IMG/VR virus record: IMGVR_UViG_2889049205_000001
Location: 128,001-192,000 of that record
Strand: one strand, 5' to 3'
Source: a virus
Lineage: Duplodnaviria > Caudoviricetes
DNA: 64,000 bases
Below, one piece after another: positions 1-9,368 of this stretch. The stretch's first letter is position 1. Each line of letters begins with the position of its first letter. Made by a program: the position numbers and the translations under genes. Under the pieces are notes generated by a model that was not told the DNA's origin, made no database searches, and worked only from the letters and a program-made list of their open reading frames with translations.

Positions 1-26
1 CTGTGTTGCCTGAAAGGTGATGTTCA

Positions 27-389
27 ATGTCTTCTTCCAACCCCACTGCGTCACTCAGTCGTTTCTTGTATGCTATCTTTGATTACCACCAGGATAAAGG
101 CCTGCCGGTTCCGGTTGCTAAAGCCAAGATGTATGACGATTCCTTCGAGACGCTCTTCAAGTTGATGAAGCAAGAGAAGGGCATTCCTGACCACATGCTG
201 GCGATCGCCGCTCAGTTTATGTCCCGCACATTGAACTTGCGTGGCTCGCAGTTGGCGAAACAGGCGCAGGATCTCCAGAAGGATGATCCGCAAGTCCAGG
301 TTATTCTCAAAGCCATGCAAGACATTAAGCTGGTCAAAGATGCGGTGGACATCTTCATCAGCTCTTACAAGGGCACCACTTCATCATAG
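27..389 (+). CDS. hypothetical protein
   Basis: 120-aa ORF with AAAGGTG RBS, co-oriented with recA. Confidence 0.7.
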   Translation: MSSSNPTASLSRFLYAIFDYHQDKGLPVPVAKAKMYDDSFETLFKLMKQEKGIPDHMLAIAAQFMSRTLNLRGSQLAKQAQDLQKDDPQVQVILKAMQDIKLVKDAVDIFISSYKGTTSS

Positions 390-400
390 GGGGAATTTGC

Positions 401-1645
401 ATGGCACCAAAAGCTAAGAGTAAAAGTTTGCCCGAAAGTCCCGTTGCAGCGGCAGCAGCAGAAACGGGTAAGGGAGGTTATGATGTACAGGCCGATTTCA
501 ATAAACGATTCGGCGCAGGTACGTTTTTTACCTTCGAAGATATCGGTGCCTCGAGAGAGATCTTCCCGATACCATCAGGTATTCCATCCTTTGATTATGC
601 ATCCGGCATTGGCGGTCTTCCGCTGGGCCGTATCGTCGAAGTGTATGGACCGGAATCATCCGGCAAGACGACGTTCTCGCTTTACGTCGCAGCCGCCTTT
701 CAACGTATTGCAAAAGTGTTTGGGCATCGTTTGTTTGGCCGTCGTGTAGGCTTCGTCGATGCAGAGCATGCGCTTGATCCGATTCACGTCGCTGCTATTG
801 GGGTGGACACATCGGCCTCTACCGGTATGTTGATCAACCAGCCTAACAATGGTGAAGAGGCATTCGATCTAATCGAAGCCATGATCAAATCGGATCAATT
901 TGGCGTCATCATCGTCGATAGCGTTCCGTCCCTAGTGCCGAAAGCCGAAATTGAAGGAGAGATGGACGATCAATTCATCGGTCTTCAGGCTCGTCTTATG
1001 GGCAAGGGGCTGCGTAAGATCCACGGTATCGCTCAGAAACATGACGTGCTTGTGATCTTCATCAATCAGATCCGGGAGAAGCCGGGCACCAGATCACCAC
1101 ACGGTGGAACACCGGAGACGACTCCTGGCGGCCGGGCATTGAAATTCTATGCCAGCATGCGCCTGGACGTTCGCCGCACGACGATCGAGAAGGGGAACAC
1201 CTTCATTGGTCAATCGACTACGGTCAAGATCGTTAAAAATAAGTGTGCAAGGCCATTCACGAAGGCCGAGTACGATTATTACTGGCAAGGTGGCATCGAC
1301 ATGACCAAGAATATCATGACAGTTGCCATTGACACCAACGTTATTGGACGTGCGGGCGCTTATTATTATGTGGGCCCAAGCAACAAGGAGCCCTACACTG
1401 ACGGAAACGGGAACGAGCTGAAGTGGCAAGGAGCGGAATCGCTGCTTGAATCGCTTCGTGTCAGCCCGCAGCTGTTCGCCTATATCAACGACATGGTGCT
1501 GGGGATCATTCCTCGTGATGCTCAATTCATTGTTGAAGAGGCTGATGATCCGTCGGAGCTTGTTGAGCTGGAGCGAGAAACGGGCGAAGAGTCTGATAAC
1601 GCTTCTGCCGGGCCGGATTTATTTACCCAAGCCGGCCAATCATAA
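401..1645 (+). CDS. recA: RecA recombinase
   Basis: GGLPLGRIVEVYGPESSGKTT Walker A, IIVDSV Walker B, FINQIREK, TPGGRALKFYASMRLDVRR signature. Confidence 0.97.
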   Translation: MAPKAKSKSLPESPVAAAAAETGKGGYDVQADFNKRFGAGTFFTFEDIGASREIFPIPSGIPSFDYASGIGGLPLGRIVEVYGPESSGKTTFSLYVAAAFQRIAKVFGHRLFGRRVGFVDAEHALDPIHVAAIGVDTSASTGMLINQPNNGEEAFDLIEAMIKSDQFGVIIVDSVPSLVPKAEIEGEMDDQFIGLQARLMGKGLRKIHGIAQKHDVLVIFINQIREKPGTRSPHGGTPETTPGGRALKFYASMRLDVRRTTIEKGNTFIGQSTTVKIVKNKCARPFTKAEYDYYWQGGIDMTKNIMTVAIDTNVIGRAGAYYYVGPSNKEPYTDGNGNELKWQGAESLLESLRVSPQLFAYINDMVLGIIPRDAQFIVEEADDPSELVELERETGEESDNASAGPDLFTQAGQS

Positions 1646-1657
1646 GGAGGAGAGCAT

Positions 1658-2254
1658 ATGGCTTTTGCTGTTCCACTTAGCCCTCATGATACCGATGACG
1701 TTCCTTTTCTTGACATGTTGAATATTCCTATTGCCGGGCTTCTTTCAGCCCGGCACGGGGAGATTCGCAAAAACATAATCAATTGCCAAGCCTGCTTTTC
1801 TTGTCAGCTGACAAAGCCTCTAAGCCTTCATAACGAAGAGGCTCGGATCATGATCATTGGCGAACGGCCGGATGATGTCATGCTGGATACAGAAATGGGC
1901 ATGGCGCTATCAACTTTACTGCAATCAAGTCAATTGTCCTTGAAAGATGTATATTTGACCTCTGTTACTAAATGTATTGAAGCCATGGATCCGACCCGCT
2001 GCCAGCATCACTTGGTTGCTGAGTTACTCACGGTTCGACCTCTCCTGGCTATCGCTCTTGGCTACAACGCATCATTGGCACTGACGCCGCAGCCTGCTGT
2101 TGGAAGCTACATTCCACTATTTGCGAAAATTACTTTACTGCCAACCTATTCCATGCGGGATGTTGAGGCAGACAACACAGGTCAAGTGAAACAGTATCTT
2201 TTAGGGCAATTCTCCTATATTGCACAACAAATACGGGAGATGAAGACCGCATGA
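1658..2254 (+). CDS. uracil-DNA glycosylase family 4-like protein (degenerate)
   Basis: CxxC, IMIIGERP (cf. GEGPG), VYLTSVTKC; motif-B His appears lost (PTYSM). Confidence 0.7.
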   Translation: MAFAVPLSPHDTDDVPFLDMLNIPIAGLLSARHGEIRKNIINCQACFSCQLTKPLSLHNEEARIMIIGERPDDVMLDTEMGMALSTLLQSSQLSLKDVYLTSVTKCIEAMDPTRCQHHLVAELLTVRPLLAIALGYNASLALTPQPAVGSYIPLFAKITLLPTYSMRDVEADNTGQVKQYLLGQFSYIAQQIREMKTA

Positions 2255-2463
2255 AAAAAGATCTGACGATCAAAAAGGCTGCAGCGGCTCTCGGTGTCCA
2301 TCAGGATACCGTGAAATATTGGGAGGAGCAGAAACTGATTCCGCCCGCAAGACGAAATCCTGGGAACGGCTACAGAATTTATAATATCGCTGAAATTCGT
2401 GAAATTGCCAAATCGAGAGGGATATGTGCGAACGAGCTCGAATCTGCCCTTGCAATGATGTAA
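2251..2463 (+). CDS. MerR-type HTH DNA-binding protein
   Basis: TIKKAAAALGVHQDTVKYWE...RNPGNGYRIY. Confidence 0.85.
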   Translation: MKKDLTIKKAAAALGVHQDTVKYWEEQKLIPPARRNPGNGYRIYNIAEIREIAKSRGICANELESALAMM

Positions 2464-2694
2464 GAAAATGTACAACGGGTGTTATTTCTGCTCGTATTTT
2501 GTGTAAATTCCTAGAATATTGCAGAAAATACGAGCTATTGCATATGCTCCCCTCTCCAAATGGCAATATTTCGGTTTCCGTGTAATACATTAGGCACAGC
2601 TATGGATAATGGTGTATAGGTGTGGTATAGTGTATTACATCAATGTGATACTGATGCAGCAGACCGTGCCGGGTCGAAAGCATAAAATTGGAGG

Positions 2695-3321
2695 ATGCAT
2701 GCAATGAACAAAGAAGAACTGATCATTGGGCAGCTATTGAGCCAGGCCGAACAGCTGGTTTATCGCTTTCTGAAGGAAGAATCCCTTCACGGAACGATAA
2801 AGCTATCAATGAAAGAAATGGCCAAGCAAATTCTGCATCGTTACAATGACGAAATTCAGGGACGCCCAAACCCAACCACTGGTGAAACGGAGAAAACGCT
2901 AAGCGAAGCGACTGTCCATCGTGCGATCCGTAAAATGACTAAAGAGGGCATTGTCGGTGTTCTTGCCAGCCAGGAAAAGTCTGAAAGCAACGAGATAATT
3001 TTCTATGGCCTTCCCGATGAGGAGCGTCAAGTTGACGAATTGATGGATCTCGGACAAAAACTCAGCCTGAGCTTGTCCAGATTCCAGAGTTTGCTTGCTC
3101 GCAAAGATCAGGAGCTAGAGCAGGTGAAGCGTGAACGTCAAGGGCTTTTCAAAGAAATCGACGCCGTCAAGGCAGCGAATGCGCAGCTGACAAACACGAA
3201 CACCATGCTCAACCAAATGCTGCAGGAGTATCTAGCCGGGCACGAGGTATTTGGACAAGGGAAAATAATCGAAGCGGAGAAGCTTCCTGATGGCACCATC
3301 GCAGTGATCCTCCAACAGTAA
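2695..3321 (+). CDS. winged-HTH plus coiled-coil protein
   Basis: SEATVHRAIRKMTKEGIV recognition helix, heptad-rich C-terminus; GGAGG RBS. Confidence 0.65.
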   Translation: MHAMNKEELIIGQLLSQAEQLVYRFLKEESLHGTIKLSMKEMAKQILHRYNDEIQGRPNPTTGETEKTLSEATVHRAIRKMTKEGIVGVLASQEKSESNEIIFYGLPDEERQVDELMDLGQKLSLSLSRFQSLLARKDQELEQVKRERQGLFKEIDAVKAANAQLTNTNTMLNQMLQEYLAGHEVFGQGKIIEAEKLPDGTIAVILQQ

Positions 3322-3337
3322 TCTGGGAGGATTGGGA

Positions 3338-3697
3338 ATGAATAAAGGCGTCTCACTTAAATATTTTCAATGTATTGTTGAGGAGTCGGTTGATTTTGAA
3401 GAAAGGTGCCACGGGGTGGCACAGGAGCTATTGAGGCTCTTGAGCCGCCCGCTTTCTCCTTCCGAACACCAAGGGATACGGAAAGATCTTCAGCTATTAG
3501 GGCGACTCGATGAGCGATTCATGTTTCATGTCCAACGTGAGATGATGCGGTTAACGATCAGTTCATTTGACCGGCTGATTTTTGAGGCTGAGAAGGACGT
3601 GGACATGTCTCTGGCTATGATGGCTGCCACTACTTTTATGGGCGGTGATTTCGATGAGCTTGGTTTTAACACGGCTGGTACGGGAAACTTCCACTGA
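3338..3697 (+). CDS. hypothetical protein
   Basis: GGGAGG RBS then ATG at 3338. Confidence 0.6.
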   Translation: MNKGVSLKYFQCIVEESVDFEERCHGVAQELLRLLSRPLSPSEHQGIRKDLQLLGRLDERFMFHVQREMMRLTISSFDRLIFEAEKDVDMSLAMMAATTFMGGDFDELGFNTAGTGNFH

Positions 3698-4124
3698 TTG
3701 GGAGTCCCTTGTACATAATTACGAGCAAGAAAATCGAGCCCTGCTGGTTCCGTCTGAGAATAGCGCAGCTACGCTTCATCGGTTTAATGTCCGGTTAAGC
3801 GAGCTGTTCACTCGTGCCCATTATGATTTCGCAAGGGCTAGACGGAATAAGGACGCTGTCGAGCGGCTGGTCGAAAACGTCATAAAGGACTACTATAACG
3901 GGCCGAATGAGCTCGCTCGTAAGGCAGCCGGCATTCAATACGCCAGGTGCTATCCAGCTCCGGAGGAATGGCATGCGGATACAGTCGATTTGTTCGATCT
4001 GGAGGATCGGTTCCGGTATTATTTCTATTCCTTGGAATCCACGATCAAAACCCTAGCCATGAAATCCGAGGCGAAAATCACGAACAATTCGCTACTGAAG
4101 TTGGAAAAGGATCTAACCGGCTAA
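3654..4124 (+). CDS. hypothetical protein
   Basis: GGCGGTG RBS, helical ORF within the operon. Confidence 0.65.
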   Translation: MSLVLTRLVRETSTDWESLVHNYEQENRALLVPSENSAATLHRFNVRLSELFTRAHYDFARARRNKDAVERLVENVIKDYYNGPNELARKAAGIQYARCYPAPEEWHADTVDLFDLEDRFRYYFYSLESTIKTLAMKSEAKITNNSLLKLEKDLTG

Positions 4125-4145
4125 CGCCGAAAGGAAGTGCATTAC

Positions 4146-4679
4146 ATGGATTGCGTTTACGAGGCGGAATGCGCCAATTTCGGCCAGTGCCGGCGGTGCT
4201 TTAACCATGACATGTACAAGCCTCATAAAGAATATCAACAGCTGCGCTCCCGATCCGAAAATCGGAAAGAAGTTAAACAGGGGATGGACTTCGAGAATAG
4301 GGGCACGAAAGCTTATAATTCAGCCGTAACTCGAGCCCGTCAAGCAGCTCGCCGTCAACCAAACTCCGGAGCAATGTCTAATGCGCTCGGGGATATGATC
4401 ACCGAAGAACAATTGACCGCCTCGCTTGCGGAGTTCAAGGAGCGCTCTAGTGTAGGCGCCAAAGGCGGAAAGCAGATCACGATCAAAAAGGAATGGCTGG
4501 ATAAGCTTGCCTGGGAATCTAGGCAAATGAATCGGGACTTTTATTTCTTGCCCTTCTCATTTGCTGGAGCAGAGAAAGATTATGTGGCCATGGAATATGA
4601 TATGCTGCTTCGCTATATTCAGAATATTCAATTCCTCCTTGAACAGAATCGTTTATTGAAATTGCAACTCAATGGTTAA
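4146..4679 (+). CDS. Hjc-like PD-(D/E)XK nuclease / putative Holliday junction resolvase
   Basis: GMDFEN...RRQPNSGA...GDMI...AEFK pattern; Cys-rich N-terminus. Confidence 0.6.
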   Translation: MDCVYEAECANFGQCRRCFNHDMYKPHKEYQQLRSRSENRKEVKQGMDFENRGTKAYNSAVTRARQAARRQPNSGAMSNALGDMITEEQLTASLAEFKERSSVGAKGGKQITIKKEWLDKLAWESRQMNRDFYFLPFSFAGAEKDYVAMEYDMLLRYIQNIQFLLEQNRLLKLQLNG

Positions 4680-5175
4680 TGCATTTCAACAATGGAAGGA
4701 GGAGGTGATCCTGGACGATTTCGGTTTTTATAATGCTGAGATTCGCCGCAACTTGAATAAGGAACTACACAGCCTGGTCGATCACGCTAATAGGCATATC
4801 GACCAGCGAGATGATTATCCGGCCCATGAGATCATCAAGAGCATTATTTCGCAGTACAGTGCTCGGAGATCGCTATCGGACAAGCAGCGGGTGTGCTTGG
4901 CAAAGTTCATCTTTTACATTCAACATATTCAACCTGTTCCGCCGAGAAAGAAATATTTGCAGAGACCAGTTGTGCCGCCTTCTGATCCAAAGAAGGATCC
5001 GAAATCGTTCATGTATTCTCCGTTCGGAAATCCTAACTTGGGCTCTTATGAGGTTAGAGAAGGACTTGAATTAGTGGCCGCATACATAAACAAGCAGCAA
5101 AGTACCCGCCATCAGAGTCGTGTAAACAGCATGGCAATGAGGGCCGGCCTTAGCGTACATCGTATCCAAATATGA
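4672..5175 (+). CDS. hypothetical protein
   Basis: 167-aa ORF overlapping the previous stop. Confidence 0.6.
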   Translation: MVNAFQQWKEEVILDDFGFYNAEIRRNLNKELHSLVDHANRHIDQRDDYPAHEIIKSIISQYSARRSLSDKQRVCLAKFIFYIQHIQPVPPRKKYLQRPVVPPSDPKKDPKSFMYSPFGNPNLGSYEVREGLELVAAYINKQQSTRHQSRVNSMAMRAGLSVHRIQI

Positions 5176-5207
5176 AATAAACATCCTAAATAAAGGGGCA
5201 CTTGGTC

Positions 5208-5939
5208 ATGTCCGTTTTGATTGCAAATTTTTTGGTATCCCTGGAATGGCTTACAATAGTCATTCTGCTGATTTCACTGTTTAACCTCAGCTTCAGCGGG
5301 TTCATCCCGCACATTATTTTTATTTCCTGGCTGATGGCTTTTGTCGGATGGGGGATTGATCAAACTTACTTATCGGGATCTACGTATGCACTGCTGATTC
5401 AAGTAATAGCGCTGTACCTGTGTACTTGGCTTATATTGCGGATCAACGTCTTTTATGCATTCGGAATATCCGTTGTGTCATACGGAATCTACATGATCAC
5501 TCAGTCTGCATTGTTTTTGGGGCTGCATGCTATATCGTTCATGGATGAAACCGACTTGGTGCCGTTATCCGAAAAACAGCTTATCTTGCAAGGACTTTCA
5601 ATAGCGGTTCCGCTTTTGATTAGTTACCTTGCGACAAAGCTTCGTATCCGTTACAACCTGTTCGTTCCTACGACAGAGTTCATCAAGCTGCAATTCAATC
5701 GCCTAAATAATATCACGGTGTTCGTGCTCATATCCATGATCGGCATATCGGTGGTTAACTTCCACTTCATAACCGAAGGCAAGATTACTTTGTTCATTCT
5801 GATCTCAGTGATCCAGCTCGCATGCGTCGCCTTGCTCTTGTATTTGTTCAAGCGAAAGGAAGGGATTAAACATGATAGAAAAGTGGTCAGAAAAATCAGC
5901 TATAGCAATAAAGAGGATGAATCCCGAGCAAACGCATAG
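5208..5939 (+). CDS. multi-pass membrane protein resembling an AgrC sensor domain, without kinase domain
   Basis: 6-7 hydrophobic segments, no H-box or HATPase motifs; directly upstream of agrB. Confidence 0.7.
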   Translation: MSVLIANFLVSLEWLTIVILLISLFNLSFSGFIPHIIFISWLMAFVGWGIDQTYLSGSTYALLIQVIALYLCTWLILRINVFYAFGISVVSYGIYMITQSALFLGLHAISFMDETDLVPLSEKQLILQGLSIAVPLLISYLATKLRIRYNLFVPTTEFIKLQFNRLNNITVFVLISMIGISVVNFHFITEGKITLFILISVIQLACVALLLYLFKRKEGIKHDRKVVRKISYSNKEDESRANA

Positions 5940-6396
5940 CATTGCCGTTCTCACTTACGGCTTCACAGTGCTGCTCAATGGATTTCTTACCTTATTTGCC
6001 TGCATTATTTTTGGGGCAATTACCGGGCATTTCACTGAAACATTAATCTCGCTGCTTACGTTTATCATGTTGCGGCAGATTTCAGGTGGATATCATTTGC
6101 GCTCGGCTTTATCGTGTTGTCTGTTTTCTGTAACCATTTTTTTATTGATTCCGTGGATTCATGTCGCTAACGAGAACATTCTGTATGCTATGGATATATG
6201 TAGTCTTGTCCTTGCTGCTGTCTATGCACCATCAAACATCAGGAATCAGTCGAACATTCCAGAGAGGTTTTATCCTCTCTTGAAATACCTCTCAGTGCTG
6301 CTCATTGCTATCGGATCGTTGCTCCGGTCAGAAGTGGTTTCCATCACCATTCTGGTCCAGTGTTTGCTTCTGATCCGAAAGCCTGAGAGGAGGTGA
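5872..6396 (+). CDS. agrB: AgrB-family autoinducing peptide processing protein
   Basis: LRQISGGYHLRSALSC (R..GG.H...C catalytic motif), YAPS, multiple TM helices. Confidence 0.92.
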   Translation: MIEKWSEKSAIAIKRMNPEQTHSIAVLTYGFTVLLNGFLTLFACIIFGAITGHFTETLISLLTFIMLRQISGGYHLRSALSCCLFSVTIFLLIPWIHVANENILYAMDICSLVLAAVYAPSNIRNQSNIPERFYPLLKYLSVLLIAIGSLLRSEVVSITILVQCLLLIRKPERR

Positions 6397-6401
6397 TTTC
6401 A

Positions 6402-6524
6402 ATGAAAAGGTTTGTAGCAAAGCATACTTCTACGCTTGTTGCCGCTGTCGCATTTGCCGTTGTAGCCATGGCATCCCCATGGCTGACTAACAGCCCTGAC
6501 GTTCCTGCAGAGCTGAAAAAGTAG
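6402..6524 (+). CDS. agrD: AgrD-like cyclic lactone autoinducer precursor (40 aa, absent from ORF track)
   Basis: AGGAGGTG RBS; MKRFVAKHTSTLVAAVAFAVVAMASPWLTNSPDVPAELKK with amphipathic leader, Ser-X4 ring and PxxPxEL tail. Confidence 0.9.
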   Translation: MKRFVAKHTSTLVAAVAFAVVAMASPWLTNSPDVPAELKK

Positions 6525-6542
6525 AAACTGGAGAACAAATTT

Positions 6543-6905
6543 ATGGACCTTCCAGCAATCAGCCACGATGGCTCGCCAGTATTGCTTGATGAATCTGATA
6601 TATTCTCTGTGCGTCTACTTGGAAGGCGGATAGTAATGACCACTGTCACTAATGAGGAATATTACTGGCCGCTTTCCATCGATGACGTCTCTATGTTCTT
6701 CGGCCCAGGATTTGAAATATCCGATCGAAAAAACATTTTCAATGCAGAGAAGATCAAAAATTACGATTCCAGTAAGGGGGCCGTATATAGTGACGAGGTA
6801 GTTACCAATAAATCCGCTTCGGTTGCGCTGAACGATACGAAAATGAGAGAAATCAAAAGAAAACTAGGAAAAGAGAAGGATATCGCAAGCGATTGGGAGT
6901 ATTAG
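6543..6905 (+). CDS. stand-alone LytTR-family DNA-binding protein (no receiver domain)
   Basis: DI..V...RRIVMTT...GFEISDRKNIFNAEKIKNYD resembles LytTR F.R.HRS..VN...I; only 120 aa. Confidence 0.7.
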   Translation: MDLPAISHDGSPVLLDESDIFSVRLLGRRIVMTTVTNEEYYWPLSIDDVSMFFGPGFEISDRKNIFNAEKIKNYDSSKGAVYSDEVVTNKSASVALNDTKMREIKRKLGKEKDIASDWEY

Positions 6906-7118
6906 TAGTCAAATAGTCCCAATATAGCCTAATTACATAAACCTTACAGCTTGTCAATAGGAATTTATGTACACAAATAGGCATGGAAGCATTTGACCTC
7001 GGCTGGTATACTTTAGGATATAAGGCAGCGACACAAGATTTGAAATTGCTATGTAGCAATGCCCTGTATCAAATCATTGTGGTTGATGTACTACCTATTT
7101 TTGGAGGCGTACCTACCC

Positions 7119-7403
7119 ATGGCGAGATCTTTCACTGTTTACGGCTTTTTCACTTTCAAAGTAAATCAAACTCCTCACGCTGAGGACATCGCTCTTAACC
7201 TCAATTCCATTTTGTCGCAAATTCCTACCGGGAACACAAAACCTGTCGTGATTCCATGTTATCTGGATAATTCCGATCGTGAGGCGATTGTTGTTGCTGA
7301 TCACGCAATCAGCGAGGATCTCGCAGCCGAGATTGTCGAAAAATCAGGACAAGATTTCACATATACGTCCTTTGTGCATCTCATCCAGAATACGGCTTGC
7401 TAA
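7119..7403 (+). CDS. hypothetical protein
   Basis: GGAGG RBS before ATG 7119. Confidence 0.55.
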   Translation: MARSFTVYGFFTFKVNQTPHAEDIALNLNSILSQIPTGNTKPVVIPCYLDNSDREAIVVADHAISEDLAAEIVEKSGQDFTYTSFVHLIQNTAC

Positions 7404-7508
7404 CCACAATCAAAAGAAAAACTCACATACAGTGGGTTTTATTTTGATTGTGGGGGTACTTTCCGGTCGCTATCGCTCTCATTCATTTTAGAATACAGGA
7501 GGTGTCCC

Positions 7509-7973
7509 ATGGGAGACTTTTATTACGCCAAACTATTAATTCCGGATCGCTTCATGAATGACGAGATTCGGGCCCGAATTGCATCGCATTTCAAGATGAA
7601 TCGATTTGAAGAAATCGACGGGAAGATCACGCTGGACAGCGGACTCTGGATGATGGAGGATCCGCTGGCACGGAGCGGTGAGTTTGATCTTGAGCATTAT
7701 TTGGTAGAGCAGGGGGTTCCGTTTGATCGTTGGACGGAGAATACGGGCTCTTCTAGTCCGGCGTACAATCGGGTGTTCCGTCCTGGTCTATTGGATCGAG
7801 AGTTTCCGGAGTCCGATGAAGGCACCGTTGTCCCCGTTACTAAGATTCAAGAGATCTACGATCGTGGAGGAGCCCTTGATATTGTCGAGGGGATTGAAGA
7901 TTTGCTCAAAGAATACAACCCGAAGTATCCTGCAATTGAATCCTATACCGATGGAGGCGAAGCCAATGAGTGA
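7509..7973 (+). CDS. hypothetical protein
   Basis: AGGAGGTG RBS; acidic 154-aa ORF. Confidence 0.75.
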   Translation: MGDFYYAKLLIPDRFMNDEIRARIASHFKMNRFEEIDGKITLDSGLWMMEDPLARSGEFDLEHYLVEQGVPFDRWTENTGSSSPAYNRVFRPGLLDREFPESDEGTVVPVTKIQEIYDRGGALDIVEGIEDLLKEYNPKYPAIESYTDGGEANE

Positions 7974-8649
7974 TTTGCTGCAAGAAGCACTGCTGTCCGA
8001 AGATGTGTCCATGCTCGACGAAATGATGGAGATGCTGGCCAATGTAAAAGCGGCCGGCGGCCATGTCCCACAAGAAGTGGACGAAATGACGATCCGTCGC
8101 ATGATGATTCGCATGAAGATCAACGAGCGAGAGATCTCGAAAGACAAGAAGATGAAATCCGCTATCGTCGAAACATGGGATGGTCGTATTAAGAAGAAGG
8201 AAGAAGAGGTCAAGACCCTCCGTGCCTTCATTGAACGATGGATTATCGAAACCAACAAAGGCAAGCCGTTGCAGCTTGACGTCGGAACCGCCAGCACACG
8301 CAAGGTTCCGCATGCGTTCGAGATCAAAGACCCAATCTTGTTCCGTGAATGGCTAAAATCGATCGGCAAAGAGGCCACCTTCCTCAAGCCGCAAGAGCTC
8401 GATGTGACAGCTGCGAAGGCGGATATTATCGAGTATGTTGACAAGAATGCCGACGAGATGGCAGAAGCAGAACTGAAGAAATTGCAGGAAGAAAATCCAG
8501 ATAAGAAATTCACAAAAGCGGAGCTGAAGCGCCGAAAAGACGAACTTATCGCCGGTTATATTCCTGCACTCGTTGCAAAAGTCGGCCTTCCAGAAAACGT
8601 TGGTGAATATAAGGCAGAAGGTCAATCAGTTAACCTTCGTTTTGCTTAA
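7966..8649 (+). CDS. Mu Gam / Gp157-like host-nuclease inhibitor family protein
   Basis: GGAGG RBS; coiled coil followed by K.LQLDVGTASTRK...EI.D pattern. Confidence 0.55.
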   Translation: MSDLLQEALLSEDVSMLDEMMEMLANVKAAGGHVPQEVDEMTIRRMMIRMKINEREISKDKKMKSAIVETWDGRIKKKEEEVKTLRAFIERWIIETNKGKPLQLDVGTASTRKVPHAFEIKDPILFREWLKSIGKEATFLKPQELDVTAAKADIIEYVDKNADEMAEAELKKLQEENPDKKFTKAELKRRKDELIAGYIPALVAKVGLPENVGEYKAEGQSVNLRFA

Positions 8650-8655
8650 CCTGTG

Positions 8656-8708
8656 CCCCGATCTGATGATAATGCGATGTATTGCATTACATTGATCGGG
8701 GTGTTTTT
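8656..8708 (+). terminator. intrinsic terminator (long hairpin)
   Basis: CCCCGATC...GATCGGGG stem followed by TGTTTTT. Confidence 0.7.
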
Positions 8709-8964
8709 ATTCCTGGACTTGCGATAGGCTACACGTCGGAGCTGTCATTGTGCGTAGTATAAAACACCAGATCTCCAAAAAGATATAGTGGCTCCTTCGA
8801 GTGTTTCGATCAAGCATTGATGTAGGCTGCAAGGTCGTTAAAATCATTGCAATCGAAGTATTTACGCCGAATGAAGTTCAATACGCCAACGACTAACATA
8901 ATAATCAATATGCCATGGATCTATTTCGCAAGGCTCAAGTCAGCCCAGTTTAAGTCGTGAAAGG

Positions 8965-9276
8965 ATGAGCCTGTTGAATACTTATACAGTCATAGCCATA
9001 TTGATGAATACCCTTATCAATGGTGGCCCGTGCATGATTATTTTTTTCCCGTCAATTGGATATATCTGTTTGGCCATTGCCATAATTTTGAGCATCTTCA
9101 TAAAGAGGAAAGCGGAAGCTCTGCAGGACAAGACTGACGAGCTGAAACAACAAATTGTGGAACTCAAAATGGCGCAAGTTGATCTGAATAACGCTCAGAA
9201 TGAGTTTATTAAGCTGTCAGAACAGCTCAACGAGAAGATGCAAGAAAAAACCGGCATCTATCGCCGCATTTCTTAA
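8965..9276 (+). CDS. small membrane-anchored coiled-coil protein (start uncertain)
   Basis: one TM segment followed by a coiled coil. Confidence 0.5.
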   Translation: MSLLNTYTVIAILMNTLINGGPCMIIFFPSIGYICLAIAIILSIFIKRKAEALQDKTDELKQQIVELKMAQVDLNNAQNEFIKLSEQLNEKMQEKTGIYRRIS

Positions 9277-9304
9277 TGAAGCGTTAAATATTTCATACTT
9301 TCTA

Positions 9305-9350
9305 TTGTGTTACCGCAGGTTTTGGATTATACTTTGTGTAATGCATTACG
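9305..9350 (+). promoter_or_regulatory. sigmaA-type promoter with palindromic operator
   Basis: TTGTGT-17-TATACT, then GTAATGCATTAC at 9338-9349. Confidence 0.7.
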
Positions 9351-9368
9351 CAAGTCAGGAGAGATAAT

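Noticed and set aside
2540-2571. Sporulation sigmaF/sigmaG promoter (GCATA...GGCAATATT)
   Set aside because: Spacing is 1-2 nt off consensus; insufficient support.
8710-8960. Additional ncRNA or gene in this gap
   Set aside because: No convincing long stems and no ORF with an RBS; possibly a decayed gene.
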